From Azolla caroliniana (taxonomy: Eukaryota; Plantae; Polypodiophyta), in NCBI GenBank assembly GCA_043228905.1, contig JBHGNT010000003.1, forward strand, positions 13,206,001-13,270,000: 64,000 bases of DNA. Direction: 5' to 3'. The notes under the pieces are model-generated. The model did no database searches, was not told where the DNA came from, and was given only the letters and a program-made list of their open reading frames with translations. Of the stretch, positions 24,589-38,344 are shown one piece after another. The translations under genes and the position numbers were made by a program. Position 1 is the first letter of the stretch. Every line of letters starts with the position of its first letter.

Positions 24589-25480
24589 TGTTCAGTGGCA
24601 AGCTCAACCGGATCCGGATCGGTTGAATAAGCCGGAGCCGGATCGGTGAGCTAGTGAGCTGGGGAGCCGGTTAGCTGGATCAAGCAGTAACTGAAAGCGA
24701 AGTAGTAGTTAGTCTACTAGGGAGTCAATATCTCGTAGTTAGTGTCAGACGCTTGTGTGAGCATTGAAGTACACCGTACTTCTGTCAGTCCGGATGGACT
24801 TGTATAAAAGTGTTCACTGAACATAACAATGTATAGATTGAGTAGTAATTTTGAATTGAGTTTCTGTGTGCTCTCTCTCTTTGTCTCTCCCGCGTACTGT
24901 TAAGCTCTCCATTAAACCTGTTCTCAGTTTGCACGCTATTTGTTTCCACATGGTATCAGAGCGCGAAGGTTGAGAACCTCTACAGCCGACATTCGCTTTC
25001 GCAAGAAGAAAACCTAACATTTGTAAAGAACAGAAAAAAAAATACAAATGGATAGAGGAATGGCTAGCTCGCTCCCGGTGGAGAAGCTCGACAGATCCAA
25101 CTACGCATCTTGGTCATACAAGGTGCACCAATACCTGCTTGGGCATGGTTACTGGAACTATGTCGACGGAGCTAACGACACAGCACCTGATGTGGCACAC
25201 AAGGACTTCCCGGTGTGGGAACAATCGACAGGCAGAGTGATGTACTGCTTTGCGTCCAGTGTCGGAGACCAGCTGCTGAGCCACATCAGAGATGCCAAGA
25301 GGCCGAAAGAGGCTTGGGGAATCCTGAAGAAGGTCTTCGCTGCAAGCACTACAGCCCGGAAGCTGCAACTCCGACAAGAGTTGAGCAATATCCGACAGAA
25401 GGACATGTCGGTGGCTGATTACATGGCCCGAATCAAAGAGATCTCTGACTCGCTTGCCTCTATCAACGTCACAGTAGACG
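24589..25480 (+). mobile_element. gag: Copia family A 5' fragment: LTR 24589-24950, PBS-Met 24951-24962 and gag N-terminus
   Basis: TGTTCAGTGGCAAGCTCAACC...CCACA then TGGTATCAGAGC. ORF 25048 reads MDRGMASSLPVEKLDRSNYASWSYK (UBN2-type gag). Confidence 0.9.
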
Positions 25481-26197
25481 TGGTGGGTCGAATGGATCCA
25501 ACGGATCGAGGTCAGTAGGAGCCGGCAAGGCGGTTGGGTGCCGGGACAACGGAGGATCCGGTTGATCACCGTAGCCGAAATCTCTCACCCTTCTCCTCTT
25601 GCCACATACCGATGGTTGTGCAGTTTGGTGGGGGTGGATGTCGTGAAGATTTCCGGCTACGGTGTGAAACTGAGATGGAATGGGCAAGTCGGCGGTATGC
25701 AACATGTGCACATTTACAATGTAAAAGGGTGTATAGAATAAAGAGGGGAAATTTATCCCACATTGTAAGGCCCCTCCCTCCTTGGGCTATAAAAGGAAGG
25801 GAGGGGTCACTTGTGAAGGGGTTGTCTATTTTGAGTGAGAGAGGTATACCACTTAGGTCGAGGGGTTCTATTCAGTTTTAGGGTTTCTTCTAGGGTTTTC
25901 TCCTTGGATTTCTTTTAGGGTTTCTATGCTTCTTACTTTACTTATCTAATTAGGGTTTTCTTGCCGACATTTGGTGCGGCCTATGTGGCCTTGGTTGTAA
26001 TCATTTTTGTGGACTCTTAATATAGCATGTTGATGTTTCTTGTCTTGTTGGTGTATCTTACCTCCATCCATTCTATGTTTATGTGCTATTCTTCCCTCTC
26101 TCCTCGCTAAGCTTCCATTTCCCCTCTACTCCCTAGTCCAAGATCCCAGTAGTCCCGCCTTGGATCCTACACATAGTCACGGAATACCACGACACCA
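25481..26197 (+). repeat. Probable LTR of an unrelated family with non-matching flanks
   Basis: Termini TGGTG...CACCA and TATA-like GGCTATAAAAGG near 25786. The left flank is family A gag and the right flank is family B integrase. No TSD. Confidence 0.5.
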
Positions 26198-28584
26198 TGA
26201 AGAAGCCATCTTTTGGAAAGCAGGTATATTTTGTTACCTTCATTGATGATGCTACTCGCCATACATGGGTGTATCCTATGAAATCAAAGAATGAGGTATT
26301 TTCTTGCTTCAAATCATTTTTAGCTATGACTGAAATTTTTTCTGGAAATAAGCTCTTGACTCTACGCAAGGATTGTGGTGGCAAATACATGTTACATGAG
26401 TTTAATGCTTTTCTTTGAAAAAAGTTATTTCACATCAATGTATGGTGCCATATACACCTCAACAAAATGGTGTTGCGGAGCGCAAAAATAGAACACTCTT
26501 AGAGATGGCACGATGTACGGTTAAAGGAAAGCATCTTCCTAACAAGTTTTGGATGGAAGCGGTTATGTGTGCAAATTATGTGTTGAATCGTTGCCCTGCA
26601 AAAACATTGAGATTCATTACTCTATATGAGGCTTGGAATGGACATAAACCTATGGTTAGTCATATGCGTGTGTTTGGTTATTTGACATATGATCTTGTGC
26701 CATCACAACAACGTCACAAACTTGATGACCAGGCAAAAAATGCATATTTGTTGGTTATAGCACTGAAAGTAAGGGATATCGTTTGTCATCCATTGACGGA
26801 TACAATTATTGTGAGTCGAGATGTGGTATTTGCTGAAAATTCAGCCTTCCCTTTTCTTGAATGCAAAAAACAGCCAACAGTTAGCTCACAAGATGTGTTT
26901 GATACACTCATGCCTTTGTTCCAAAGTGGTGCACTTGCATACGGACATGTAGACCAGCCAAGTGAGCTTCAAAGGGCTGAAAAATTTCATGAAAATTAGT
27001 GCTGAAAATGCACGAAATGTCCAGCCAAACATGGTTGAACATTTGCAACAAAATATGGTTGAAAATGAGCATGAGATTCAGCCCACGCATGATGTACATA
27101 TTGAAGATCTATTACATAATGAGTGCATGTCTATCAAGACTGCACAAACTATGCCAAAGTGGCTGAGACAAACTTTGCAAGATAGCAAATTGAGTGCACC
27201 TTTACTTGATAGAACAAGATCAAGCTCTCGCCATGCATCAAGTAATTTTGTGGATTATTCTATTGTTGCAATAGCATGGAATGAGGAGTCACTTACCTTT
27301 GAAGATGCATGTGATGATCCACATTGGATGAGTGTTATGCAATAAGAAATGGATTCCATACATAAGAATGGTACTTGGGAGTTATGTGAATTGCCAAAAG
27401 GAAAGAATGGCATTGGTACTAAGTGGGTTTACAAGATTAAACGAAAGTTTGATGGTAGCATTGATCGCTACAAAGCCAGATTGGCTGCCAAAGGATATGC
27501 ACAACAATATGCCATTGATTATGAGGAAAATTTTGCACCTACTTCACGCATGACTACCATTCGTACCGTGGTTGCATTGGCTGCCCAAAGAGGTTGGAAA
27601 GTGCATCAGCTGGACATAAAACCAGCTTTCTTAAACGGTAATTTGCAAGAAGAGGTTTATATGAAGCAACCTCCTAGATTTGCTATGAAAGAGAAAGAGC
27701 ATATGGTTTGTCGCTTGGATAAAGCCTTGTCTGCTCTCAAGCAAGCTCCACGTGCATGGTATGAAAAAATCCATAAGCACTTGATTGCTCTTGGCTTCAC
27801 ATGTAGTCTGATTGAAAGCACACTTTATGTATGCAAAAATGGGGCTGATCTTATTGTGCTTGTTCTTTATGTTCATGATATACTCTTGACTGGGTCATGT
27901 GATGCAAAACTTGACATTCTTATGGCTGATTTGCAACATATGTTTGATGTCACTTATCTTGGTCTTTGGAGTTCTATCTTGGCATCCAATTTGTATCCGT
28001 TGAGGGGGGAATGGTTATGCATCAAGGAAAGTATGTTGAAAAACTACTTTAACGTTTTGAATTTGAGGATTGCAAGCCGGTTTCGACACCTGTGGGGACA
28101 GGATTGAGGTTCTCAGTTGAGGATTCTCTTGATGCATTTGATACTTCTCTTTATCAGCAAGCTATGGGATGTCTTATATATGTATGCAATACAAGGCCGG
28201 ATATACAGTATGTAGTTTCCCAACTAAGTCGATTCATGCATAGCGCTGGCACTAAGCAATGGCAAGCAATGAAACGTGTGTTTAGATATCTCAAAGGCAC
28301 TTTGAGCTTGGGTCTCTTTTATGGTTGAGATACTCAGCCATGCTTGCATGCTTTTACCGATAGTGATTGGGCTGGTTGTTATGATACTCATGTGTCCACT
28401 AGTGGTAATTGTTTTTTCCTTGGAAACTCATGTGTATCTTGGTTGAGTAAAGAGCAACCTACAATGGCGACATCAAGTTGTGAAGCGAAGTACAGGGCAA
28501 TTTTCATAGCTATAGGGGAGTGTATATGGTTGAGACGCCTTTTGATGGATCTTTGCATGGAGATTGATGTTGGTACACATGTTC

Positions 28585-31500
28585 TGTTGAGAGACAAGCT
28601 CAACATCGGCCGGATCGGCTGAAGAAGCCGAGGACCGGATCGGTTGGGACCGATCGGTTAGGCCGAGTGTGTAAACCGGGAGGTCGTTAGGAAAGATATT
28701 CCGTGAGGAATATATTTGGGAGTTAGTGTAGGAGCTCTTGATGAGCATTGAAGTACTGTCAGTACTTCGATCAGTCCTTCTAGGACTTGTATAAAAATGT
28801 TCACTGAGCACGTCTTATGTACAGACTGAGTATTATTGTTGAATATAATTTTTTGTGTTTCTCTCTCTGTCTCTCCCGTGTATACCGTGTAAGCCCAAGC
28901 TCTCCATTGAACCTGAGTTTCCTTCCTCTGTTCTGTCTTCATACTTGCTTCCGCACGCTACTTTTTACATGGTATCAGAGCGCGAGGGTTGAGAACCTCT
29001 CTGCAGCCGACAGAGCTTAATGAAGAAGAACAAGAAGAACGATGGATAGAGGCATGGCGAGCTCGCTTCCAACAGAGAAGCTCGATAGAACCAACTACGC
29101 GTCTTGGTCCTACAAGATGCACCTGTACCTGCTCGGGCACGGCTACTGGAGTTACGTCGAAGGAGCTAATGACGCGGCACCCAAATCGACACACAGAGAC
29201 TTCCCGTCGTGGGAGCAATCGGCGAGCAGGGTACTATACGGCTTCGCATCGTGTGTGGGCAAACAACTATTGAGCTATGTTCGGGATGCAAAGATGCCGA
29301 AGGGTGCGTGGGAAAATCTGAAGAAGATTTTCGCCGCGAGCACCACAGCTAGGAAGCTCCAGCTCCGACAGGAGTTGAGCAACCTACGACAACGCGACTT
29401 GTCGGTGGTGGACTATACCTCGAAGATCAAGGATATCTGTGACTCCCTCGCCTCCATAGAGGTGAACATTGAGGAGAGCGAGATGGTCCAGATCTGTCTC
29501 GGAGGTTTGGCGTCGAAGTTCGGAGCATTCCGAACGGTTGTGTGTACCCGGGAGAATACGCCGTCCTTTTTCGACTTACAGTCGATGCTCCTAGTAGAGG
29601 AGAACCACGCGGGTGCGTCTACAAGCACGCACACCGACAACAGAATGTTGTACACGGAGGGAGATAGGCCCCGTGGACGTGGAGGACGAGGCGAGTCGGC
29701 GCGCAATGGAGGCAGCCCGACGAGATCAAGGAAGAAGGCACCGAAGTGATGCCGACAGCAACTCCGGACCCTCCGGAAATAGGGGGAGTCGAAGCGATGA
29801 GAACTGGCAAGGGAAGGCCATCGCAGAGTGTTGGTACTGTGGCAAGAAAGGCCACAGGGAAAGTGAGTGCTGGAAGAAGCGCGCCGACTCGGAGAGAACC
29901 GGTTCTGGAAATGGCTCCGGACATACCAACAAGGGAAATCGGCAGCGATCGCAATACGCCAAAGACTCCGGGAGAGCCGGAGAAGGGTCTGTCTTCGTGA
30001 CGAGACACGAAGCAAACTCAATGAAACAGAGCACCCCGAGATCGGACGAGGTGTGGTATGTAGACTCTGGCGCGTCAAACCACATGACGAGCCATAAGGA
30101 GTGGTTCTCGTACCTTGAAAAACTGATGCAACCTGGAGTAGTCGCAACTGGAGACGACACTCCGCATCCGATCACGAATGTCGGAGAAGTTCCCCTTAGC
30201 CATGTCGAGCAGAAAGGGAAACTCATGAACGTGCTGCACGTTCCGACAATCACGAAGAACTTGGTCTCGGTCGGACAGATCGTTGACCAGGGATGGAGGT
30301 TCGGTTTACACACCTCGGGTGCTTCATTGAGGAAGAAGGCCGTGTGATTGCGCAAGGGCGCAGAGACGGGAGGATGTTCATCCTCGACTCCACTGACGGC
30401 GGCACCGCAATGTTCGCAAAGGGACAAAAATCCGAGTCGGACATCGACTTGTGGCACAAGCAGATAGGCCACGTCAACCACCAACGGCTTCAATATCTGC
30501 AATCGAAACAAGTAGTATTCGGATTGCCAAATTTAGTGGCCGAAAGGCACAAATTTGTGAAGCCTGCCAGCTCGGGAAGCAACACCGACTTCCCTTCCCA
30601 AATGAGTGAAACCGGAGCCGGAATAAGCTCGACCTTATACACTCCGATGTATGGGGGCCGGCACAAAACGTTAGTCTTGGCGGGAGCCGATATTTCGTCT
30701 CCTTCATTGACGATCACACGCGGCACACGTGGATCTACCTCATTGAGAGGAAGAGCGAAGTCTTCGACTGTTTCCGTGACCTCAAAGGGTTCGTGGAAAC
30801 GGAAACAGGACGGAAGATCAAGTGCCTGCGGTCGCATGGCGGGAAAGAGTACTTTTCCGGTCAATTCAACGCTTATCTACAACAAATGGGAATTCGCCGC
30901 GAATTCAGTTGTAGATACACGCCGGAGCAGAACGGCGTGGCCGAGAGAAAGAATCGGTCAGTTGTGGAAGCGGCACGGGCAATGCTGGAGGAGAATAGCT
31001 TGCCCAAGTTCTACTGGGCCGAGGTGGTATGGACCGCGGTATACATCCAGAACCGGATCGGAGACAAAGTGTCGGCGCACGAGCTATATTTCGGAACGAA
31101 GCCGAACTTGCGACACTTGAGGGTGTTCGGTAGTGTTGGGTGAAAGGTCCCTCCAGATGGGAAAGGAGAAGAACAGTGCCAATGAACAAACCCGGCCGAG
31201 GCCGAAACCGTCTGAGGTGTACCCGGCTACGGAGAGCCGGATGATGCAGACCCGGTGAAGACCGGATGAGGAGTACCCGGCTACGGAGAGCCGGATGATG
31301 CAGACCCGGTGAAGACCGAATCAGGAGTACCCGGCTACGGAGAGCCAGATGGTGCAGACCCAGTGAAGACCGGATGAGGAGTACCCGGCTACGGAGAGCC
31401 GGATGATGCAGACCCGGTGAAGACCGGATGAGGAGTACCCGGCTACGGAGAGCCGGATGATGCAGACCCGGTGAAGACCGGATCAGGAGTACTCGGCTAC

Positions 31501-34500
31501 GGAGAGCCGGATGGTGCAGACCCGGTATGAACCGGATGAAGAGACATATTCGTAAATATGTTTCTGAGAGTCCATCGAGGCTATACTTGTAAATAGCTGA
31601 AAAGTCATATTAGTATAAATATGACTTAGGGCAAACTTTTAGTTGTGTGTTGTTGTTTTTTTTCATTATTCTTGTTGGTGCAAGAATAGAGAGTGTGCGT
31701 AACTGTACAGAGAGAGAGAGAGAGAGAGAAAGAGGTTGTTGCCTCTGTTGTAACCGCCGCCTGTGGCGAAGACCTGTGAGCACGAGGTCGTTGCCTTAGT
31801 GAACTCACTGTTGTACATTCTTACATAGTGACAGTTTGCAGCCTGTGGGCTGCCGTGGTTTTTCCCCTAGTTTGGGGTTTTCCACGTAAACCTCCTGTGT
31901 ACCTTTCCTCTTCTTTGTGTCGCGTTTTCTGTGTATCATTCTAAACTCGGTTGTGGCCGAGTGTTGCGCATAAGGAGCCTTGAGTTCCGTCAGGTAGCAT
32001 TGCGTATGTGCATATACTGAAGGAGAAAAGGAGGAAGCTGGACGCAGAGGCTGAGAAATGCATCTTGGTCGGTTACTCGAACAGCAGAAGGGTTATAAGT
32101 GCTATAACCCTCGCACCAAACAAGCGCGTGTCAGCCGCAACGTTGTGTTTGACGAGTCCGCGTCCTGGTACCTGCCCTCGACTACGAACCCCGACTCCAA
32201 TCCGAGCTCTGACGATGAGGTCAGCGAGGCCGAGATGCCTCCGAATGAGCCCGAAATCGAGACCCGCGACGAGAGTCCGATTCACTCTGGTTAAGTGGAC
32301 CGATTGGACGACTGAGTCGGTACGACCAGTCCGATGAAGAGCCGGCGAGTAGTGGAGACTCGGCCGTGCATTCCCCACGCAGGAAGCCGAGGAGACGGCT
32401 TACGCGCAAAGAGAAAGGGAAGAAGAAGGTGTCGGATTCCGGCACGGAAAGGAACGAGTCAGACTGACGCGAGTCCGACTCCGAGGGAACCGGTGACGGG
32501 TCTTTAAAGGTGAAGACCGCGTCGACCGAGAAGGCCTCGACATCGGCTAATGTGAGATTATGCCGATCTACCCGCCAGAAGAATCCTGTTTTGCGGTTCG
32601 GATACAACGAGTACATGGCGCATCATTATGCGTACATGACCCGTGTAGCGGAAGTGCGTGAGCCGGAGACCTACGCAGAAGCGGCGAAGGACGCGAATTG
32701 GCGTGCTGCGATGGAGGAAGAGATGCACGCATTGGCAGAGAACTAGACCTGGGACCTGGTTGACACACAGAGAGGGGTAAAACCGATCGGGTGTAGGTGG
32801 GTGTACAAGGTCAAGTACAACACCGATGGCTCGGTCAACCGGTACAAGGCTTGGCTAGTGGCAAAGGGCTACGCGCAAAAACACGGCATCGACTACGATG
32901 AGACGTTTGCGTCGGTCGCGAAAATGACGACCGTCCGTGTTTTGCTCACAATAGCCGCGGCCAAGGGGTGGCACTTACATCAGATGGATGTAAAGAATGC
33001 GTTCCTGCAAGGTGACCTTGAGGAACAAGTGTACATGGTACAGCCCCCCGGATTTCACTCCGGAACGAACTCCTCGGTAGTATGCCGACTGAAGAAGTCC
33101 CTTTACGGACTGAAGCAAGCCCCGCGTGCCTGGAACGCGAAGATCACGCAACAACTGCGTCGGATGGGCTTCGTCACGTCAAAATCAGACTCTTCCCTGT
33201 TCATCCGGATAGGTCAACTTGGACCGGTTAGTATTCTACTATATGTTGATGACTTGGTCATCACCGGCGCCAACCTCGGTGAAATCGACCGCGTGAAGCT
33301 CCAGCTTGCGGCATCGTTCGACATGAAGGATCTGGGGGACCTTCATTACTTCCTCGGGATCGAAGTGATCCGTACCCCCGAAGGCATATTGATTAGCCAA
33401 CGTCATTACGTGCTGAGTATGCACTTCAAGCTCGGGATGGCCGACTGTATGTCCGTCTCGACTCCTCTGGATAGAACCGTCAAGCTTCGTCCCGATACGG
33501 GAAAGGAATGCGACCCGACGAGGTTCCGACAAATTGTCGGAAGCCTCATATACTTGACCATCACCCGACCCGACCTCAGTTATCCGGTTGGGGTGATCAG
33601 TCAGTTCATGGCGCGACCTACCAAGGAGCACCTTCAGTGTGCGCAACGCGTACTTCGGCACTAAGGACCGCAGACTGCTATATCGGACCGGTGCAGCCGC
33701 GCAGTTAGTCGGCTACACCAATGCTGATTGGGCTGGCAACGCCGCCGAGTCTGGATACGCATTCTCCCTCGGGAGTGCCACGATCGCGTGGAGCAGTAAG
33801 AAGCAGCCGACAGTTGCACTGTCGAGCACCGAAGCCGAGTACCGAGGAGCGGCTGTCGCGACATGCGAAGCCATATGGTTGAAGCGGCTACTTAAGGACT
33901 TGCAAGAGGAGGTGACCGATCCAACGACGATCTACTGCGACAACCTCAGCAGCATCCAACTCGGGAAGAACCCCGTCTTCCACGCACGGACCAAGCACAT
34001 TGAGGTGCCGAGTCGGTTCGGATGTTTGATTCAGATATGCTGAATCAACCGAGGCCCAAGCGGAAGAAAAGGCTGCAGGAGAAGCGTCAACACCGCAACA
34101 GCAGAAGAGCTGATAAAGGCCGCATGAGCAGACAAGCCGATTGGAAGGGTCAAAGCGCGCGGAGTCGAACAAGTCGAGGAGCGCGAGCGAGGCGAGAAGC
34201 CAGGAGGAACCGGTGCTGTGAAGATCCCGAAGAGCCTGAAGTTGAGCTTGAGGGGGAGTGTTGAGAGACAAGCTCAACATCGGCCGGATCGGCTGAAGAA
34301 GCCGAGGACCGGATCGGTTGGGACTGATCGGTTAGGCCGAGTGCGTAAACCGGGAGGTCGTTAGGAAAGATATTCCATGAGGAATATATTTGGGAGTTAG
34401 TGTAGGAGCTCTTGATGAGCATTGAAGTACTGTCAGTACTTCGGTCAGTCCTTCTAGGACTTGTATAAAAGTGTTCACTGAGCACATCTTATGTACAGAC

Positions 34501-34643
34501 TGAGTATTATTGTTGAATATAGTTTTTTGTGTTTCTCTCTCTATCTCTCCCGTGTATACCGTGTAAGCCCAAGCTCTCCATTGAACCTGAGTTTCCTTCC
34601 TCTGTTTTGTCTTCATACTTGCTTCCGCACGCTACTTTTTACA
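28585..34643 (+). mobile_element. Complete Ty1/copia family A element with a 5-bp TSD (frameshifted, small 3' deletion)
   Basis: TSD TGTTC on both sides. 385-bp LTRs at 28585-28969 and 34259-34643, with about 9 mismatches counted by eye, all transitions. PBS-Met 28970-28981. Gag knuckle CWYCGKKGHRESEC, protease WYVDSGAS, IN, RT YVDD. PPT TTGAGGGGGAG. Confidence 0.95.
31134..31992 (+). mobile_element. Solo LTR (copia family D) with about 6 copies of a 54-bp repeat, inserted in the integrase
   Basis: TGTTGGG...CCGTCA with TSD GGTAG at 31129-31133 and 31993-31997. Repeat unit GGCTACGGAGAGCCGGATGATGCAGACCCGGTGAAGACCGGATGAGGAGTACCC. Confidence 0.92.
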
Positions 34644-35188
34644 TGTTCTCACAAATAGTCAAAGTGCATTGGCTATTGCACGAAATCCTGTATTTCATGC
34701 ATAGACCAAACATATTGAGGTGCATTATCACTATGTGAGAGAGTGCCTTCATGCAGGAGATATTGATTTGGTATATGTCACTACACAAGATAATGTGGCA
34801 AACATATTCACCAAAGCTCTTCCACGAGAAAATTTTGAAGCTTATTTCCTTCTAGGGGCTGATCTGTCTCTCCTTGTATGTGTTCACATCATTCGCTCTA
34901 GGGGGGTTTATTACACTTACGTGTTCCTCGAATCGCTTTGATGTGAACCTTTTCCCTATGCATGGGCACTTTTTACTCTAGTGTTGGCTAGAGGTTTTTT
35001 CCCCATGTTACCACATACATGACTCACTCATATGTGGTGGTACTTAGTACTTAGGGATATATATTTCAGCTCTTACTAGTTTTTGAGATTTAATCAATAG
35101 AGAGAGCTATTCCAGCCATTGTCTTCTCTGTGTGAGTGCATCTTTGAGCTTCTTGTGTGTGCTGCTTGTGTGTCTCCCACTCTTACAT

Positions 35189-37195
35189 ATGTCCCAACAA
35201 AAAGGACTCATCATGCATAACATACATTATATCTAACCTACTCCATGTTTCCTTATATTGCATGGACTGAAATGTAAACCCAACCTCATCTTGATGCAAC
35301 CATTTCCATACATCCAACTTCAAAACTTTTAATGCCAATTTGTCCCAAACTGCTTGCTTAGGAGAATCCATCAATGAGAATCGTGAAGTACATTTTGAAG
35401 CATCAATAAACATATTAAAATCACCCATTAACAAACCAACACGACCCATTAATAACCAGCATGGCCCACTCAATTCGTTGATTAGCATTATTGGGTGCAT
35501 AGATTCCTACCAACCATATCAAATCCTCAAAATACTTGACTTCCATCACCAAAAAACATCCATATGGGTCATTATAGACTATTTTTTGACAAAACAAATC
35601 CCTAATAATCATGACTATCTCTGAGTACCGATGCAATAATTGTCTTGCATAATATGCAGAATATCGACGCAAATATAACACAGATCCTACTAAATCATGA
35701 CACTTATGTTCATCTGCACATAAAATATCCCATTCTTTATCAAATAAGGTTTTTTATGATATATATTTCTTATGAGGAGAAAATGCCCCTCGCACATTCC
35801 ATGACACCACTTTTATTTAACACCTTTAGTAATAACTTGCTCTTTATGAGCAAGTGTATTCATGAATGTACTAACTCCCTTTTCAAGAGCTACATAAGGA
35901 TTTGTGTGTACTACATCCCCTCCACCAGTAATAGGGTTTTCTTGTCTAGCTCCACGAGAACAAAGTCCTTGATTTAGTTGAGGTCATACCACCCTTCCTA
36001 AAGAATTGAATTGTGGTTGGTTGGACACTCTCTAATTTCGCACTTGTTTTTGCCAATGATTTTTCTTAAAGCCCTCATTCAATCTCAAATTATCTTTTGG
36101 TAATGCCTTACCATTAGTATTTTTTGTGTTCCTCTGTATGACAACACCCTTCCCTTTTATCATATGCTTCACTTGATGCCACTCTCCATCTATCTGAGTC
36201 ATCATTAATACATACTCCATTCTCCTCCACAACACCTCTGACATGACCATGAACTTTTGGATCTCGCTCTAACCCATGAGATGTTCTCTCATCCATGACC
36301 ATATAAACTATTGAGACATTATCCTTCTCAACATCTTCCTTATTTTTCCCTTTGACATTATTTCCCAGGGATAGTTCACCATGATATTGGCATTCAGCCA
36401 TAAAATGCCCCAATTTACCACATTTAAAACAATGCCTCGCAAAAGTCTCCCATTGAAGCTTAAAGCGAAATCAACCAAATCGAGATGTATCTATACTCAA
36501 CCATCCTGGAAGTTTACAAATTGTATCCCATAACATGCAAAATCTACATTTGTTCAAAGAATTAACATGAGGTGTAACCAAAACTTTACCAATTTGACAC
36601 ATCAATCTTGGTAGTAAATCCCAAAAGAATGAGTTACTACAATCAATGGTCACCCAAATTGGACGTTATTGTTTTAATAAATCTTTATAATCCACCAGCG
36701 GAACCCATTCCATCACATTCACTAATCTTCTATCAAAAAAGATTGGTACCTATGCCATCAAAACCGTACGGTGTTCTGACGATTGAAAAACCACATCATA
36801 GAAACATCTTGGACCCACATACACATCCTCAACACAATTAGGCATTGTGAACAAATTTAACCTCTGCTTAATCCATGATAATAAAGGAAGTTTGCTAGTG
36901 AAATACAAAATAACACCACGATCATAGAACCTGTCAAAAGTTGCTAACATAGACTTGGTCTCCATCACCACCTCTACAACATCCTCCTCCACACAATCTT
37001 TAGCATCTTTCTCATTTTTTTCCCATAAAATCAGAAATCAAAGCCTTAACAAAATCACCATGACTATGAATATCACAATCATCTTCAATAACATCTTTCC
37101 CACCAAGAATAGCAGCATATGATGTTTTCTCATGTTCTGTAGAATCGATACATTTTTACCTCTTGAAATTTTCACAACCATCATTACTACCACAT
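35189..37195 (-). pseudogene. L1-type LINE relic: ORF1 (zinc knuckle) and AP-endonuclease of ORF2, truncated on both sides
   Basis: ORF2 fragments IYAPN, LMGDFN, GFTF and SRLD. ORF1 knuckle CFKCGKLGHFMAEC at about 36390-36435. Confidence 0.75.
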
Positions 37196-38340
37196 TGTTG
37201 AGCGGACAAGATCAACATGATCCGAATCGGCTAAACAAGTCAAGAGCCGGATCAATGTCTAGTAAGTTGAGCTGGTTCGGTGTCCGGTAAGTTGAGCTAG
37301 TTTGATGAACCGGATCAGAGAGCCGGACCCATCTACGAACTGTAGGCCTCTAACGGCCTACGCTCCTAGTCTACTAGATAGTTATGGTTTTGGGAGTTAG
37401 TGTCAGTCACTCAGTATGAGCATTGAAGTACATGTAAGTACTTTTGCCAGTCCTTTTAAGGACTTAGAGCTCACTGAGCACATTGTATGTACAGAGTTTT
37501 CATTATGTTTTAATATAGAGTTTTACTGTTCTGCTCTCTCTATCTCTCCCGTGTACTCTATGTGTGTGATTCAAGCTTTCCATTAAACCTTAGTTCTATC
37601 TTCTATTGACATTCAGTTAAGCTGGTTGTGTCTACGAGCTTTCACACTTAGCTCTTTGCATGGTATCAGAGTGTGAGGGTTGAGAATCCTCTACTGCTGA
37701 GAAAAAAACTGTAGACATGCCAAAACCTAGCCTCCGGTAAAGAGCAGAAAGAAAGACAGAAAGAATGGACAGAAGCATGGCAAGCTCGCTTCCGACATAG
37801 AAGCTTGACATAAACAACTATGTGTCTTTGTCTTACAAGATGCACCAATACTTGCTAGGCCATGTTTACTAGAGTTATGTCGAAGGAGCGAACGAGAAAG
37901 TGCAGGATTCAGCACACAAGGACATCCTGGCTTGGGAACAAGGAGCAAGCAAAGTGTTCTACTGCCTCACATCATGTGTGCACGACTAGATGGTGGACTA
38001 CATTAGAGACACGAAAATGTCGAGGTATGTGCCAATCCAAACGGCGATTGTCCTTCTTCGAGTTGCAATCGATGCTGATGGTCGAAGAAAACCACGTGAG
38101 TGGGTCAAGGACCAGACAATCAAACAGCCATATGCTATACACAGAGGTGGATCGACGAGCAATAGTGACGGTCGACAAGAGCAAGAAAGAAGGCACATAG
38201 GTGGTGCCGACTGTTACCGATATGGAACACTGTCTATCTTCAGTTCTTCGAGATAGACCTCAAGGTGATTGCGTGGCAAGGTATGACACCACACGAGACA
38301 TGAGCCATAATCTGTTAGTTGCGTAATAATGCATATCTAG
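37196..38340 (+). mobile_element. Copia family A-related 5' fragment: LTR 37196-37660, PBS-Met 37661-37672 and decayed, deleted gag
   Basis: TGTTGAGCGGACAAGATCAAC...TTTGCA then TGGTATCAGAG. Gag relic MDRSMASSLPT..SFFELQSMLMVEENH. Confidence 0.8.
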
Positions 38341-38344
38341 GAGC

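Larger units (their letters stand above)
26198..35188 (+). mobile_element. AT-rich Ty1/copia family B relic (IN, RT, RNase H, PPT, 3' LTR at about 34909-35188), split by the insertion at 28585-34643
   Basis: YFVTFIDD, PYTPQQNGVAERKNRT, KWVYKIK, RYKARL and AFTDSDWAG. RNase H continues after 34648 (HYHYVRE). PPT-like TAGGGGGG near 34899. Confidence 0.85.

Noticed and set aside
29413-30864. Long antisense ORFs (244 and 261 aa), and similar ones opposite 55000-58800
   Set aside because: They are shadow frames of GC-rich gag-pol with no motifs.
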